The notes: a model not told the origin generated them from the sequence alone. Counted from the first letter of the stretch, positions 45,727-55,896 are shown. The stretch: DNA of 64,000 bases from Parasphingorhabdus sp. (GCF_048269865.1 NZ_JBLWUA010000009.1:44683-108682); one strand, 5' to 3'. Numbers and translations: made by a program.

Positions 45727-45915
45727 ATGGGTGCCTATCCGACCCCGATTGTTGGATATGGAGCCAGCGCGATTATCGGCTATTTCCTGAGTTTGATATT
45801 TCTGCAGCCCAAGCTGCGAGAGCCCCTGGCGGGAGGTGATGTCCTGGCCGACAGCGCCGATACCGACGAGGATCTGCCGCCGCTTCAAAACAGCGCGCCG
45901 TATCTGGTCCTCTGA
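45727..45915 (+). other. Same-frame continuation ORF (62 aa), possibly the detached C-terminus of the preceding membrane protein
   Basis: It is in the same frame as 44803-45702. The 8 codons between the stop and this ATG read LTLISAAA. The motif YPTPIVGYGASAIIGYF recalls the SEDS C-terminal P-x-P-x-V-S-Y-G-G-S. Confidence 0.4.
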
Positions 45916-45966
45916 GCGAATTTCAGCGCCGATCCGACCAGCGCTCTGGCTAACGAGGGGCGACCG

Positions 45967-46848
45967 TCAGCTTTGCGTTTGTTTCAAGAGAATATTGTCT
46001 TGGACCACAGCCTGTGTCGACAAGTCTTGCGATTGCCACTGCCCCTGCTCCAGAGCGAAGCCGACATGGCTTGCCCGCTGAAAGTCTTTGCCATTCCAGA
46101 CGATCACTTGCAGTTCCATCCGGTTGTCTTGCTCGACGTGCAGCCAGTTAAAGCTTTGCGGTTCCTGATTGCGCAAGCGGGTCGACGTGGCTGTGCCTGC
46201 CTGAATGACGAGGGTCGGCCCCGCATCCTTCGCCATTTTGCTCGCGGCCTCCGCATAAGTGCGGTGGAAATGACCCGCCAGCGTTAAATGAATGCCGGCG
46301 TCGGCTATCGCCTTGAGAGCATCTTCCTGCCGCCCCACCGCCTCACTAAGTTCATTGCCTTGCCCAATCGGCAATTCAAACAGCGGATGATGAGTCACCA
46401 GAATTCGGCTTTTATTGGCCGCAACGCCTCTGAATCGCTGTCGGATGAGCTGCATTTGCTCTGCGTTGATGCGCCCATCCTTGATCGTCAGCGACCGGGC
46501 GGTATTGATGCCCAAAATGGCGGCTTCGTCCGTCTCCGCCCAGGGGCAAAGTTCGTCTGAAATATGCCGTTTGTAACGGCCAAGCGGCGAAATGAATCGC
46601 CGAAATATATCATAAAGGGGAACATCATGATTGCCGGGAACGACCAGCAGCCTTTGGCCATTTTGCCGAAGCGCTTGCAGGTAATCGGCGGCATCCCGAA
46701 ATTGGCGTTCGCGCGCGCGCTGGGTGAGGTCCCCGCTGATAATGACCAGATCCGGCTGTTTTTCCTTCAACCAGTCAATTGTTGCGGCGACGATCTCCGG
46801 ATCATTGGCACCAAAATGAATATCAGATAAATGCGCGATCCGGGCCAT
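45967..46848 (-). CDS. Calcineurin-like metallophosphoesterase
   Basis: HLSDIHFG..., SGDLTQ..., GNHD..., HHP..., GHFH motifs. Confidence 0.8.
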   Translation of the reverse strand: MARIAHLSDIHFGANDPEIVAATIDWLKEKQPDLVIISGDLTQRARERQFRDAADYLQALRQNGQRLLVVPGNHDVPLYDIFRRFISPLGRYKRHISDELCPWAETDEAAILGINTARSLTIKDGRINAEQMQLIRQRFRGVAANKSRILVTHHPLFELPIGQGNELSEAVGRQEDALKAIADAGIHLTLAGHFHRTYAEAASKMAKDAGPTLVIQAGTATSTRLRNQEPQSFNWLHVEQDNRMELQVIVWNGKDFQRASHVGFALEQGQWQSQDLSTQAVVQDNILLKQTQS

Positions 46849-46919
46849 GAAGGTTCAACGGTCCAACCCTAAAGAAGTTTCATCGTGCATCCAATTATCC
46901 CCAGTGGCGTTGTCTACCC

Positions 46920-47807
46920 ATGAAAAACAATAATCTTCCCCGCGATGCTATTCTTGTGGTCAACGCTGCATCCCGCAAAGGAGAAGAACAGTTCAAGGAA
47001 GCGAAAGAGAAACTCGTTGAGGCGGGTATCAATCTGCTTGACGCCATCGACGTCGAGAATCCCGAAGAGATCCGCGCGACCGTCCGGCAGGCTATTCAGA
47101 CTGGTGCGCCGATGGTAGTCGTCGGGGGTGGCGACGGTTCGCTTTCCGGCGTCGTTGATGAATTTGTCGGCACAGATTGCGTCTTTGCCATTCTGCCGCT
47201 TGGCACCGCCAACAGTTCCGCACGCACGCTGGGCCTGCCGCTCGATCTAGAAGGCGCAATCGACGTGATCGCAAATGGGCGTCGCAAGCCGATTGATCTG
47301 GGAATGATCGACGACGATTATTTTGTCAACGCAGCATCTCTTGGCGTTTCGCCGATCATTGGCGAAACGGTCCCCGACAAGTTGAAACGCTATCTGGGTC
47401 GTTTCGGCTATCTGCTGTGGGCGATGAAATGCCTTGTCCATTTCCAGCCCTTCCGACTGATCCTCAACGATGGCACGACCGAGCACCGTTTGTGGTCGAC
47501 CGAGGTTCGGATATTGAACGGCCCCTATCATGGCGGTCTGGAATTGTCGGACAGCGCGGAAATCGACAGCGGGCAAATCGTTATCCAGGCCGTGGTCGGG
47601 AAGAGCAAGTTGAAGCTCGGCTGGGACTGGTATGCCAAGGCGTTCAAGCTGCGGGACAGAGATGCAAACACGCGCGAATTTACCGGTGCCTCCTTTCATC
47701 TGGCTACGAAACCGAAGCTCAAGATTTCAATCGACGGCGAAGTGCTCGCCAGTACGCCGGTGCAGGTCCGTATCGCGAAGAAAGCTGTAGAGGCCGCCTG
47801 TCCGTAA
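46920..47807 (+). CDS. DAGK-catalytic-domain lipid kinase (YegS/BmrU-like)
   Basis: VVGGGDGSLSGVV and LPLGTANSSARTLG motifs. 295 aa. Confidence 0.8.
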   Translation: MKNNNLPRDAILVVNAASRKGEEQFKEAKEKLVEAGINLLDAIDVENPEEIRATVRQAIQTGAPMVVVGGGDGSLSGVVDEFVGTDCVFAILPLGTANSSARTLGLPLDLEGAIDVIANGRRKPIDLGMIDDDYFVNAASLGVSPIIGETVPDKLKRYLGRFGYLLWAMKCLVHFQPFRLILNDGTTEHRLWSTEVRILNGPYHGGLELSDSAEIDSGQIVIQAVVGKSKLKLGWDWYAKAFKLRDRDANTREFTGASFHLATKPKLKISIDGEVLASTPVQVRIAKKAVEAACP

Positions 47808-47907
47808 AAGACGGGCGTCGCGTCTGAAGACGATTTCAGCGCGCGTCAGCCCTTTCGGGCCGAGCGATTGTAAAGCCTAAGTAGCCAACCTCCAACCGTT
47901 CGTCATG

Positions 47908-48807
47908 CTACCGCGTCGGATCGAGCGCGCTGGGCTTGCGCGGCCGGGCCATGCCGCCAGCGTCATCGGCTGACGGCGACCAGCCACCAGAGCCACCGCT
48001 TTGTGCCATCGCCTCGAGCGCCGCGATCCGGTCTTCCGTTGCCGGATGGGTCGAGAACATCTGACGCACGCCGCCGGGCACGATATAGAGCTGCGATGCG
48101 GCGGGATTGCGCTGCGCGACGGGGTTCGGTGTACGGGCAGCAACGCCGGATATCTTGGCCAGCGCAGACGCCAGCGACAGAGGCTTGCCGCTGATCTGGG
48201 CGGCTGCGGCATCGGCGCCAAATTCGCGGGTGCGGCTGATCGCCATCTGTACGATCATCGCCGCAAAGGGCGCGATCAGCACCGCCATCAGGCCCGCTAT
48301 GCCAGCGCTGCGGTCACGGAAGAACAGGCCGAAATTCGCCAGCATCGACACCGCACCGGCAATCGTCGCAACCATCGTCATGATCAGCGTGTCGCGGTTT
48401 TTGACGTGGCCGAGTTCATGCGCCATCACGCCTTCAATCTCGTCATGGCTGAGCATCTTCAGTAGCCCCGTCGTCGCGGCGACTGCCGAATGTTCGGGGT
48501 CACGACCGGTCGCAAAGGCATTGGGCTGGGCCTGATCAACAATATAGACTTTCGGCATCGGCAGCTGCGCGCGGCGCGCCAGATTCTGGACCATTTTGTA
48601 ATATTCGGGATGGCTGGCAGCATCGACCTCGACCGCATTGTGCATTTTCAGCACAATCTTGTCGGCGTTCCAATATGTGAACAGGTTCATGCCCGCCGCG
48701 ACGACCAAGGCGAGGATCGCCCCGCCGCTGCCGCCCAGCGAATAGCCAAGAACCATGAACAGCGCGGTCAGCGCCGCCAGCAGCATGGTTGTCTTCATGA
48801 AGTTCAT
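47908..48807 (-). CDS. htpX: Zinc metalloprotease HtpX
   Basis: Start at [13 protein letters not shown].... HELGHV zinc motif, four TM helices, and an N-terminal block typical of htpX. The longer track ORF adds an implausible 74-aa leader. Confidence 0.85.
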   Translation of the reverse strand: MNFMKTTMLLAALTALFMVLGYSLGGSGGAILALVVAAGMNLFTYWNADKIVLKMHNAVEVDAASHPEYYKMVQNLARRAQLPMPKVYIVDQAQPNAFATGRDPEHSAVAATTGLLKMLSHDEIEGVMAHELGHVKNRDTLIMTMVATIAGAVSMLANFGLFFRDRSAGIAGLMAVLIAPFAAMIVQMAISRTREFGADAAAAQISGKPLSLASALAKISGVAARTPNPVAQRNPAASQLYIVPGGVRQMFSTHPATEDRIAALEAMAQSGGSGGWSPSADDAGGMARPRKPSALDPTR

Positions 48808-48892
48808 CGTCTCTACTCGCTTGAATATGTCTGTTACAGGTTCAATATAGGGTCTGAGGCGGGACGATTCAATTTGGCGGACAGGCGAAAAT

Positions 48893-49075
48893 ATGACCGA
48901 AAGCGATAGAAAACCCGGTGAGCGGCCAGCGCATGTGAAGCCACCCGCGCATCTTTCCAAAAGCAAGCCGGTGCCGGAGCCCGATCCGCTGGAAAAGGCA
49001 GACGAGATTGTCGAGGAAAAGGGGCCCACGCGCTATGGCGATTGGGTGCATAAGGGCATCGCAATCGATTTCTGA
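48893..49075 (+). CDS. DUF1674 (SDHAF4-like) small protein
   Basis: 60 aa ending ...[16 protein letters not shown], the characteristic C-terminal motif of the family as I recall it. Confidence 0.7.
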   Translation: MTESDRKPGERPAHVKPPAHLSKSKPVPEPDPLEKADEIVEEKGPTRYGDWVHKGIAIDF

Positions 49076-49197
49076 GGGCTGCGCGTCGCACGCCCCACGA
49101 CCGGACACCCGACGGTGCCCGGCATTTAAGCCTTTGCTCGCACGCGCTTTTATGGAAAGATCGGTAAACAGGCCGATTGCCGTGCGGGAGCGATAGT

Positions 49198-50331
49198 GTG
49201 AGCAAAGACAGCGCCAGGACCGATGGCCCCGAAACGGTCGCTCCGGAAAACAGAAATGTTCCGACCGCTGCGGCACCCGCCGAGAACCTGGAACCTGGCA
49301 GTATAGACATCAGCTTTTCGCCAGGCCTGGCGGAGTTTCTGGCAGCCAATGATATCGCGATCGGATTTACCTCCTATCAGACCGGCCGCCTGTATCTGAT
49401 CGGACGCGGACCAGACCAGAAGCTGGCGCTGCACGAAGCGGTCTATCCACAGGCGATGGGGCTGACCGGCGATGCCAACCGCATCTATCTTGGCACGCTG
49501 ACCCAGATCGTGCGGATGGAAAATGTACTCGACCCCGGTCAGACGGCCAATCAGGTGCACGACAAGGTCTTTGTCCCGCGCAATATGCAGACAACGGGCA
49601 ATGTCGACATTCACGAAATCGGCATTCAGGACAACGGCAAGATCGTCTTCGTCAACACCCGCCATAATTGTCTTTGCGAACCCAGTCTCACCCACAGCTT
49701 CAAGCCTATATGGAAGCCGGAGTTTATCAGCGAGATCGTGGCCGAAGATCGCTGCCATCTGAACGGACTGGCGATGGTCAGCGGCAAGCCGAAATATGTC
49801 AGCGCCGTCTCCCGTTCGAATGTCGACAAGGGCTGGCGGGATGACCGGGACGCTGGCGGCCTGATTATTGATGTCGAGAGCAATGCGGTCTTGGCCGAGG
49901 GCCTGTCGATGCCGCACAGTCCGCGTTTCCATAACGGTCGGCTGTGGCTGTTGAACTCGGGAACCGGCGAACTGGGCTGGCTTGACCCGGATCAGGGCGG
50001 CTTTGTACCGCTGGCCTTTTTCCCGGGATTTTTGCGCGGCCTGGCCTTTCACAACCACCATGCCTTCGTCACCTTGTCCAAGCCTCGCCACGGCCATTTC
50101 GAAGGTCTGGCCCTCGATGATCGACTAAAAGAAACCGATAGCGATGCCTGGTGCGGCGTTCAGATCGTCTCGCAGGAAGACGGAGCGGTCGCACATTGGC
50201 TGCGGTTCGAAGGCGCGATTACCGAATTGTTCGATATTTGTGTGCTGCCGGGGGTAGAAAATCCGATCACTCTCGGCCCGAATTCCGTCGAGATCAGGGA
50301 CTTTCTGACGATCGAGCCTACTGCTATTTGA
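49198..50331 (+). CDS. TIGR03032-like conserved hypothetical protein
   Basis: GTG start with GGGAG 7 nt upstream. Invariant-looking blocks: TSYQTGRLYLIG, RCHLNGLAM, SMPHSPRF, NSGTGELG, PGFLRGLAF. The family is named from memory only. Confidence 0.5.
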   Translation: MSKDSARTDGPETVAPENRNVPTAAAPAENLEPGSIDISFSPGLAEFLAANDIAIGFTSYQTGRLYLIGRGPDQKLALHEAVYPQAMGLTGDANRIYLGTLTQIVRMENVLDPGQTANQVHDKVFVPRNMQTTGNVDIHEIGIQDNGKIVFVNTRHNCLCEPSLTHSFKPIWKPEFISEIVAEDRCHLNGLAMVSGKPKYVSAVSRSNVDKGWRDDRDAGGLIIDVESNAVLAEGLSMPHSPRFHNGRLWLLNSGTGELGWLDPDQGGFVPLAFFPGFLRGLAFHNHHAFVTLSKPRHGHFEGLALDDRLKETDSDAWCGVQIVSQEDGAVAHWLRFEGAITELFDICVLPGVENPITLGPNSVEIRDFLTIEPTAI

Positions 50332-51529
50332 GAAGCCCATCGTTCTGCTTTGGAAGATGGAGAAATTCGGCAATCGCCCTTGCCGCTCGCTCCGATGGCA
50401 GATCGGGGCTTTCCATATCGAACGAATAAGCCAGGGCACGGGCCTGCACCTGTCGATATCGATCGGGTAACGGCGTGACTTCAGCAAGTGTCGCACCGAG
50501 ACGGCCGATATCATCGATCACCGGCCCAAAAGTCCAATGCTCGTAATTGGGATTGTCCCGCCATTTTGCATCATGGGAGTTGATAAAGATCGCAGGCCGG
50601 GGGGTCTGAATAAATTCGTAGATCTGGCTGCTGACATCGCCCAGATAGATATCGGCGCCGCGGGTATAGGTCATGTCGACGCTACGCGCGCTGCCGGTGT
50701 CGATATGGATATGGTCAAAATCGGCGTAGCGCGGGTCGATACGCTCCCGAAACCGGAGCAACCGATGCTCGACCGAGGCCAGCAGCTTGCGCTGAAACAG
50801 CATAACATGCGGCGCGAAGATCAGATTATAATCCCGCTGGTTGGCGAAATAGTCGAGAATCTGTTCACCAAAGCGGAACCAGGACGACAGCAACGGATCG
50901 AAATGGGGATTGTACAGCACGGTCGGCTTGTCATTGTCGAAAAGCTTTATCGGCGGGCGATCAGCATAAGCTTCAAATTTTGGATATCCGACAATCCGGT
51001 GATTGTCGGGGCGAATGACACCAGCCGCCAGCATCCGGTCGCGCGTCTTTGCACCGGGCAGCAGCACATAGTCGAACAGGCTTATCTCCTTTGAAAATCC
51101 GATCGAGCGGTCCCCGGCACCGTGGGGAAAGAAGATCAGCTTTGGCACGCTGTTTTGGGAATTTTTCTTGAGAAAGGTAGTTGTCGTTTCCGGAACCACC
51201 AGCGCATCAAAATTGCGGAACAACGCGGTATTTTGCTTCAGGCTGCTCAGACGCCCGAGCGGCGCAATATTGCCCAAAAGCCGCTCGAACAGCCGAGCGC
51301 CGGCGTGCGACCGGATTGACCGAAATACGGGTGGTGGACAGGCCGGATCCAGAAACTGCTCAACCGCCTGCTGTTGCCGGTCACTGGACGATATGACTTC
51401 CACCGAGGCGGTTGGTGCCAGCCGTTGCAGCGCGGAAATGATCGGTGCGATATGGGCCACCTGGTGCAGTTCATCATGGTTGAACAGAAAACCGATGCGC
51501 TGCGGCCGGGCCGATGGATCGGGCATCAT
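50324..51529 (-). CDS. Hypothetical GT-B-like transferase, possibly distantly TagB/TagF-like (CDP-alcohol/glycerophosphotransferase)
   Basis: KPTVLYNPHF..., NLIFAPHVML..., ADIYLGDVSSQIYEFIQTPRPAIFIN recall the TagF-family blocks (LYAPTWR, HP, SD.LITDYSS..FDF). The start is uncertain (ATG at 51529/51526; the track ORF runs to 51673). Confidence 0.4.
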   Translation of the reverse strand: MMPDPSARPQRIGFLFNHDELHQVAHIAPIISALQRLAPTASVEVISSSDRQQQAVEQFLDPACPPPVFRSIRSHAGARLFERLLGNIAPLGRLSSLKQNTALFRNFDALVVPETTTTFLKKNSQNSVPKLIFFPHGAGDRSIGFSKEISLFDYVLLPGAKTRDRMLAAGVIRPDNHRIVGYPKFEAYADRPPIKLFDNDKPTVLYNPHFDPLLSSWFRFGEQILDYFANQRDYNLIFAPHVMLFQRKLLASVEHRLLRFRERIDPRYADFDHIHIDTGSARSVDMTYTRGADIYLGDVSSQIYEFIQTPRPAIFINSHDAKWRDNPNYEHWTFGPVIDDIGRLGATLAEVTPLPDRYRQVQARALAYSFDMESPDLPSERAARAIAEFLHLPKQNDGLLK

Positions 51530-51777
51530 GTATATTTCATCGGCGTTCGACCCTATCTCTTGTTGGCCATGGGCGGAACCGGTCCGCGCTCGCTGCTCCT
51601 GCACATATTGCGCGCGGAAGTCCATGCGCTCGCGATCCCTAGAGCTCTGCCGAGCCCCGGGTTCCGGCGCCATCGAAACGCATATTGCTGCAGTCTGCTT
51701 TGCAAAAACGCCCGCTGCGGCTAAGGCGTTTCATGCGCACATATTTTCCGCGCAGGTCGCCATTGGAAATAATACGG

Positions 51778-52620
51778 ATGTCCGTGCTCGCAGCAAATGA
51801 TCCCGCTCTGCCGGTCGGTGGCGCACCGACGGATGCCAAACCGCTGTGGACAGCGATCATTCTGGCCGGACAGCGCCCTGAAGGCGATCCGATGGCGGTG
51901 CATTGCGACGTCCCCCATAAGGCGCTGATCGAGATAGCCGGCCAGTCGATGCTGGAGCGGGTTACCCGTGCGCTGATGGCATCGTCGGATGTCGGCAAGA
52001 TCGTGATCATGACCCAGTCACCCGAGACGCTAAAAACAGGCTTTGCGGCCGATCTGCTGGAGAGTGACAAAATCAGCTTCATCGTATCCAATGATGGCAT
52101 CGCCGCCAGCATTCACGAAGTTGCTGGCAGCGCGGTGGCACCTTGGCCGGTATTGGTCACTACGGCGGACAATGCACTGCTGACCACGGCCATTCTCGAC
52201 GGTTTCTTTCTGGGCTACACCGGCCAGGATGTAGCCGTGGGCGTGGTTGAACGCAAAACGATGCTGGCCGCCTATCCGGACGCGAAACGCACCTGGCTGA
52301 AATTCAGAGGCGGCGCGTATAGCGGCGCCAATCTATTCGCCTTGCACAATGCCGCAGCGAAACCGGCGCTGGCTCTATGGGCCACGGTCGAACAGGATCG
52401 CAAAAAGGGCTGGAAGCTCCTTTTCCCTTTCGGCCCCTGGTTGCTGCTGAGAGCGATCACCCGGACGATCAGCTTCAAAAATGCTATGGGAGCAGCGGGT
52501 CAGCGGCTTTTGCTGCGCGCAGAGCCGATCATATTGCCATTCGCCGAAGCGGCGATCGACGTGGACAAACAGAGTGATCTCGAACTGGTGACGAGCATAT
52601 TGGAGAAAAGATACGGCTGA
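51778..52620 (+). CDS. MobA-like NTP-transferase-family nucleotidyltransferase
   Basis: Start at MSVLAAND.... AIILAGQRPEGDPMA...HKALIEIAGQSMLERV... is a GT-A / NTP_transf_3-like N-terminus. Confidence 0.6.
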   Translation: MSVLAANDPALPVGGAPTDAKPLWTAIILAGQRPEGDPMAVHCDVPHKALIEIAGQSMLERVTRALMASSDVGKIVIMTQSPETLKTGFAADLLESDKISFIVSNDGIAASIHEVAGSAVAPWPVLVTTADNALLTTAILDGFFLGYTGQDVAVGVVERKTMLAAYPDAKRTWLKFRGGAYSGANLFALHNAAAKPALALWATVEQDRKKGWKLLFPFGPWLLLRAITRTISFKNAMGAAGQRLLLRAEPIILPFAEAAIDVDKQSDLELVTSILEKRYG

Positions 52621-52734
52621 CGCATATCGAGAATAATACAAAAATTATTGATTTATAATGGTATTCTTCCGCCATATCGCGATTTTGGTAAGGCTGCTTA
52701 TCTCGCCAAAGCCACGCATAAGGCAATCGAGCTA

Positions 52735-54063
52735 TTAACCCTCGGGTCCAATCCTCAGCACAACACTGTTCTCTTCATCCGTCACGGCATAGAGCAGTCC
52801 ATCGGGCCCTTGTCGCACATCCTTGAAGCGTTGATGCAGCGGATCAAGGAGCACCTCTTGGCGGACTTCCTGCAGATTGTCGTTGAACACGACGCGGATC
52901 AGCGCGCCGGTTCCATTGATTTGACCACGCCTAGCACTGGTCACGAACAAATTGTTCTTCCATTCGGGGAGAATGTCACCGGTGTAGAAGGTGATGCCAT
53001 TGGGCGCGATCGATGGCGACCAGAACATCATCGGTGCCTCTGTGCCATTGCCAACCGGATTTACCGGCAAGCTTGACCCACCATATTCGGTACCGAAGGT
53101 GAACCGTGGCCAGCCGTAGTTCCGGCCCGGCAGGATCTCGTTGAGTTCGTCTCCGCCCTGGGGACCGTGTTCCGATGCAACGATCCGGGCGGAGCGGGGG
53201 TCCATGGCGAGTCCAAGGGGATCACGGTGCCCATAGGTCCAAATTTCTGGTCGTGCACCTGCTGTATCAACAAAGGGATTATCGGTCGGGATCGCACCAT
53301 TCCGCGATATCCGCAAAACCTTCCCGTAAATATTGTCGGTCCGTTGGGCCGAATTGGTATCGCCAATACTCAACGCACCAACCGACACAAAAAGATCATC
53401 ATTCTGGCCGAAGAGGATACGCGATCCTCCGGTTCCGACTGCGACCTCCCCTTCGAGAAGGTCTTTCAATTTGGTCAGGCGCAGTCCGTGCAGTTCGCCC
53501 CGCGCCAATATCGTCGCCGCAGTAATCCGCTGTGCCGCGGGATCAAAGCCGACCGGTTTGTTATAGGTGAAAAAAACCTGCCTATTGGTCGCAAAGTCCG
53601 GATCGAGCGCTACAGCCTGAATGCCCAGAACATCGTCAGGATGGAGATGCGGCGCATCGAGATAAGAAGGTATATTTGCGATTGGCTGGGCGATCAGCTG
53701 TGGATCGGAGCCTGTCGCGCCGCGCAACAGGCGGAGGGCCACTCCCCTTTCCACTATCAAGGCATCGCCGGCAGGCAGGAGAGCCAGACCATAGGCATGC
53801 GAAAGTCCGCGCGCTATAATCTCAACCTTGACCCTGGCCTCTTCTGCAGAGGAAAAGATGAAAGGCCCGGCCCCCGGCAGTTCGGAAGGGACACCGACTT
53901 CCTTAACATCCGAGGAAAATGCCGGAGCTGCCGGGACCAATGCCAGCGCAGCAGTTAACCCGAGAACGGCCCCGCGAACCGTCAACCGGCCCCAATATTC
54001 TTCCACAAGCTTTACCAACGCCTTCTCCCCTGCCGCAGCACGACCGATCCGCGCTCGGCTCAA
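52735..54063 (-). CDS. PQQ-dependent (soluble) sugar dehydrogenase family protein
   Basis: Beta-propeller family blocks (...YGHRDPLGLAMDP..., EHGPQGGDELN..., GRNYGWP...). N-terminal signal-like region. The TTG start is uncertain. Confidence 0.7.
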   Translation of the reverse strand: MSRARIGRAAAGEKALVKLVEEYWGRLTVRGAVLGLTAALALVPAAPAFSSDVKEVGVPSELPGAGPFIFSSAEEARVKVEIIARGLSHAYGLALLPAGDALIVERGVALRLLRGATGSDPQLIAQPIANIPSYLDAPHLHPDDVLGIQAVALDPDFATNRQVFFTYNKPVGFDPAAQRITAATILARGELHGLRLTKLKDLLEGEVAVGTGGSRILFGQNDDLFVSVGALSIGDTNSAQRTDNIYGKVLRISRNGAIPTDNPFVDTAGARPEIWTYGHRDPLGLAMDPRSARIVASEHGPQGGDELNEILPGRNYGWPRFTFGTEYGGSSLPVNPVGNGTEAPMMFWSPSIAPNGITFYTGDILPEWKNNLFVTSARRGQINGTGALIRVVFNDNLQEVRQEVLLDPLHQRFKDVRQGPDGLLYAVTDEENSVVLRIGPEG

Positions 54064-54101
54064 CCTAGTCGACGCGCAGAACGAACGGTAATTGCAGAAA
54101 C

Positions 54102-54144
54102 GGCCAGTTCAATGCCATCTTGGGTCAGGCGGCCTGAACTGGCC
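54102..54144 (-). terminator. Hairpin downstream of ald
   Basis: GGCCAGTTCA...TGAACTGGCC form 10-bp arms with a 23-nt loop, and the T-tract is weak. Confidence 0.35.
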
Positions 54145-54192
54145 TGCATCAGTCGTGGCGCCGGGGCAGGACGTCACGAACATGCTGCTTGG

Positions 54193-55308
54193 TTAGGCGA
54201 TCAGCGTATCGACCGGGACATATTCATAGCCCAGATCATGCGCGACCGCCTCGTAAGTTACGTGCCCTTCGTGGACATTCAATCCGGCGGCTAGATAGGG
54301 ATTGGCTCTCAACGCAGCCTTCCAACCCTGATTGGCGATACGTAATGCGTGCGGCAGAGTAACATTGTTCAGCGCATAGGTGCTGGTACGGGCAACTGCG
54401 CCCGGCATGTTGGCGACACAATAGTGCACGATGCCATCAATGACATAGGTCGGGTCGTCGTGCGTGGTCGCGCGGGACGTTTCGAAACATCCACCCTGAT
54501 CGATCGCCACGTCAACCAGCACCGCGCCGGGCTGCATCGTCGAAAGCATATCGCGAGTCACCAATTTCGGTGCGGCAGCGCCTGGAACCAGCACCGCGCC
54601 AATCACCAGATCAGCTTGCGCCACCTCAGCAGCCAGAGCGGCACGGCCGGAAAACAGGGTGCGCGCACGGCCTTCAAAATGGCTGTCGAGCCGTTCAAGC
54701 ACCGCCGGATCACGGTCAAGAATGGTAACATTCGCACCCAGACCAACCGCCATTTGTGCAGCATTGAAACCGACGACCCCGCCGCCAATGACGACCACCT
54801 TGGCCGGCAGAACTCCCGGGACACCGCCCAGCAGCACGCCGCGGCCGCCATGAGCTTTTTCCAACGCCGAAGCGCCAGCCTGGATCGACATGCGACCGGC
54901 GACCTGGCTCATTGGCTTGAGCAGCGGCAAGGAATTATCTGCGCTTGTCACGGTTTCATAGGCAATCGCCGTAACCCCAGATTTAATAAGGTCGGCGGTC
55001 TGTTCTGCATCGGGCGCCAAGTGCAGATAGGTGTACAATATCTGTCCCTTGCGCAACTGCGCGCGTTCAACGGGTTGTGGCTCCTTGACTTTAACCACCA
55101 TTCCACATTCGGCGAAAATTTCAGAGGCGGTCGCCTTTATCGCGGCACCAGCAGCGATATACTCGTCGTCATCAGCACCAATGCCTTCGCCGGCACCGGT
55201 TTCCACCCAAACCTCATGCCCGTTGGCGGTCAGTTCGTGAACGCTTTCCGGCGTCAGGCCGACGCGATATTCATGATTCTTGATTTCTTTGACTGTACCA
55301 ACGCGCAT
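54193..55308 (-). CDS. ald: Alanine dehydrogenase
   Basis: [20 protein letters not shown]..., VIGGGVVG..., 371 aa. Divergent from an Lrp-type regulator, as is typical. Confidence 0.92.
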   Translation of the reverse strand: MRVGTVKEIKNHEYRVGLTPESVHELTANGHEVWVETGAGEGIGADDDEYIAAGAAIKATASEIFAECGMVVKVKEPQPVERAQLRKGQILYTYLHLAPDAEQTADLIKSGVTAIAYETVTSADNSLPLLKPMSQVAGRMSIQAGASALEKAHGGRGVLLGGVPGVLPAKVVVIGGGVVGFNAAQMAVGLGANVTILDRDPAVLERLDSHFEGRARTLFSGRAALAAEVAQADLVIGAVLVPGAAAPKLVTRDMLSTMQPGAVLVDVAIDQGGCFETSRATTHDDPTYVIDGIVHYCVANMPGAVARTSTYALNNVTLPHALRIANQGWKAALRANPYLAAGLNVHEGHVTYEAVAHDLGYEYVPVDTLIA

Positions 55309-55440
55309 TGAAGTTCTCCCTCAGAATTAAAGAAGAAATATATAGAGATTTTGGCGTGAAGATTCTTGCCAAAGGAGTGGCCAGTTCGACGAAATATGGT
55401 AATATATCCCACTTAATGATGTTTTTACGGGATTTATTAT

Positions 55441-55896
55441 ATGGATCAGATCGACAAATCGCTGCTTTTTGCCCTGCAAGACGACTCGGCACGTTCCGTC
55501 GCGGAATTGGCTGAGTTTGTCGGTGCTTCCACTTCGGCCTGCCACCGCAGGATCAAATCGCTGGAATCGGCCGGCCTGATCATTCGCTACTCGGCCGTGC
55601 TCGACCCGCAACGACTGGGACTCAATCTCCAGGCATTCGTCGAAATCACCCTCACCAGCCAAAGCAGCGAAGCGATGGACGCTTTTGAGCAAGCTGTAGG
55701 GGAGTTCCGCGATATTTTGGAATGCCATCTGATGTCAGGGAATGCCGACTATATTTTGCGCATCGCAGCAAGCGATCTCGAACAGTTCGACCGAATTCAT
55801 CGCGATTGTCTGTCCCGATTGCCGGGGGTTAGTGCAATGCGGTCCAGTTTCGCCATCCGCACAATCAAGAGCTGGAGCGGATATCCGGCCGGCTGA
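55441..55896 (+). CDS. Lrp/AsnC-family transcriptional regulator
   Basis: MDQIDKSLLFALQDDSARSVAELAEFVGASTSACHRRIKSLESAGLI... plus a RAM domain. Confidence 0.9.
   Translation: MDQIDKSLLFALQDDSARSVAELAEFVGASTSACHRRIKSLESAGLIIRYSAVLDPQRLGLNLQAFVEITLTSQSSEAMDAFEQAVGEFRDILECHLMSGNADYILRIAASDLEQFDRIHRDCLSRLPGVSAMRSSFAIRTIKSWSGYPAG

Noticed and set aside
50324-50331. 8-nt overlap of the convergent stop regions of the TIGR03032-like and TagF-like genes, considered as a possible antisense-regulation feature.
   Set aside because: Short convergent overlaps arise by chance in compact genomes. I mention it only as context in the cluster finding.
52621-52735. AT-rich stretch with Fur-box-like strings (GAGAATAATACAAAAATTATTGATTTATAATGG).
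   Set aside because: It lies between the 3' ends of two convergent genes, so it has no promoter to regulate. It is more likely an AT-rich termination zone.
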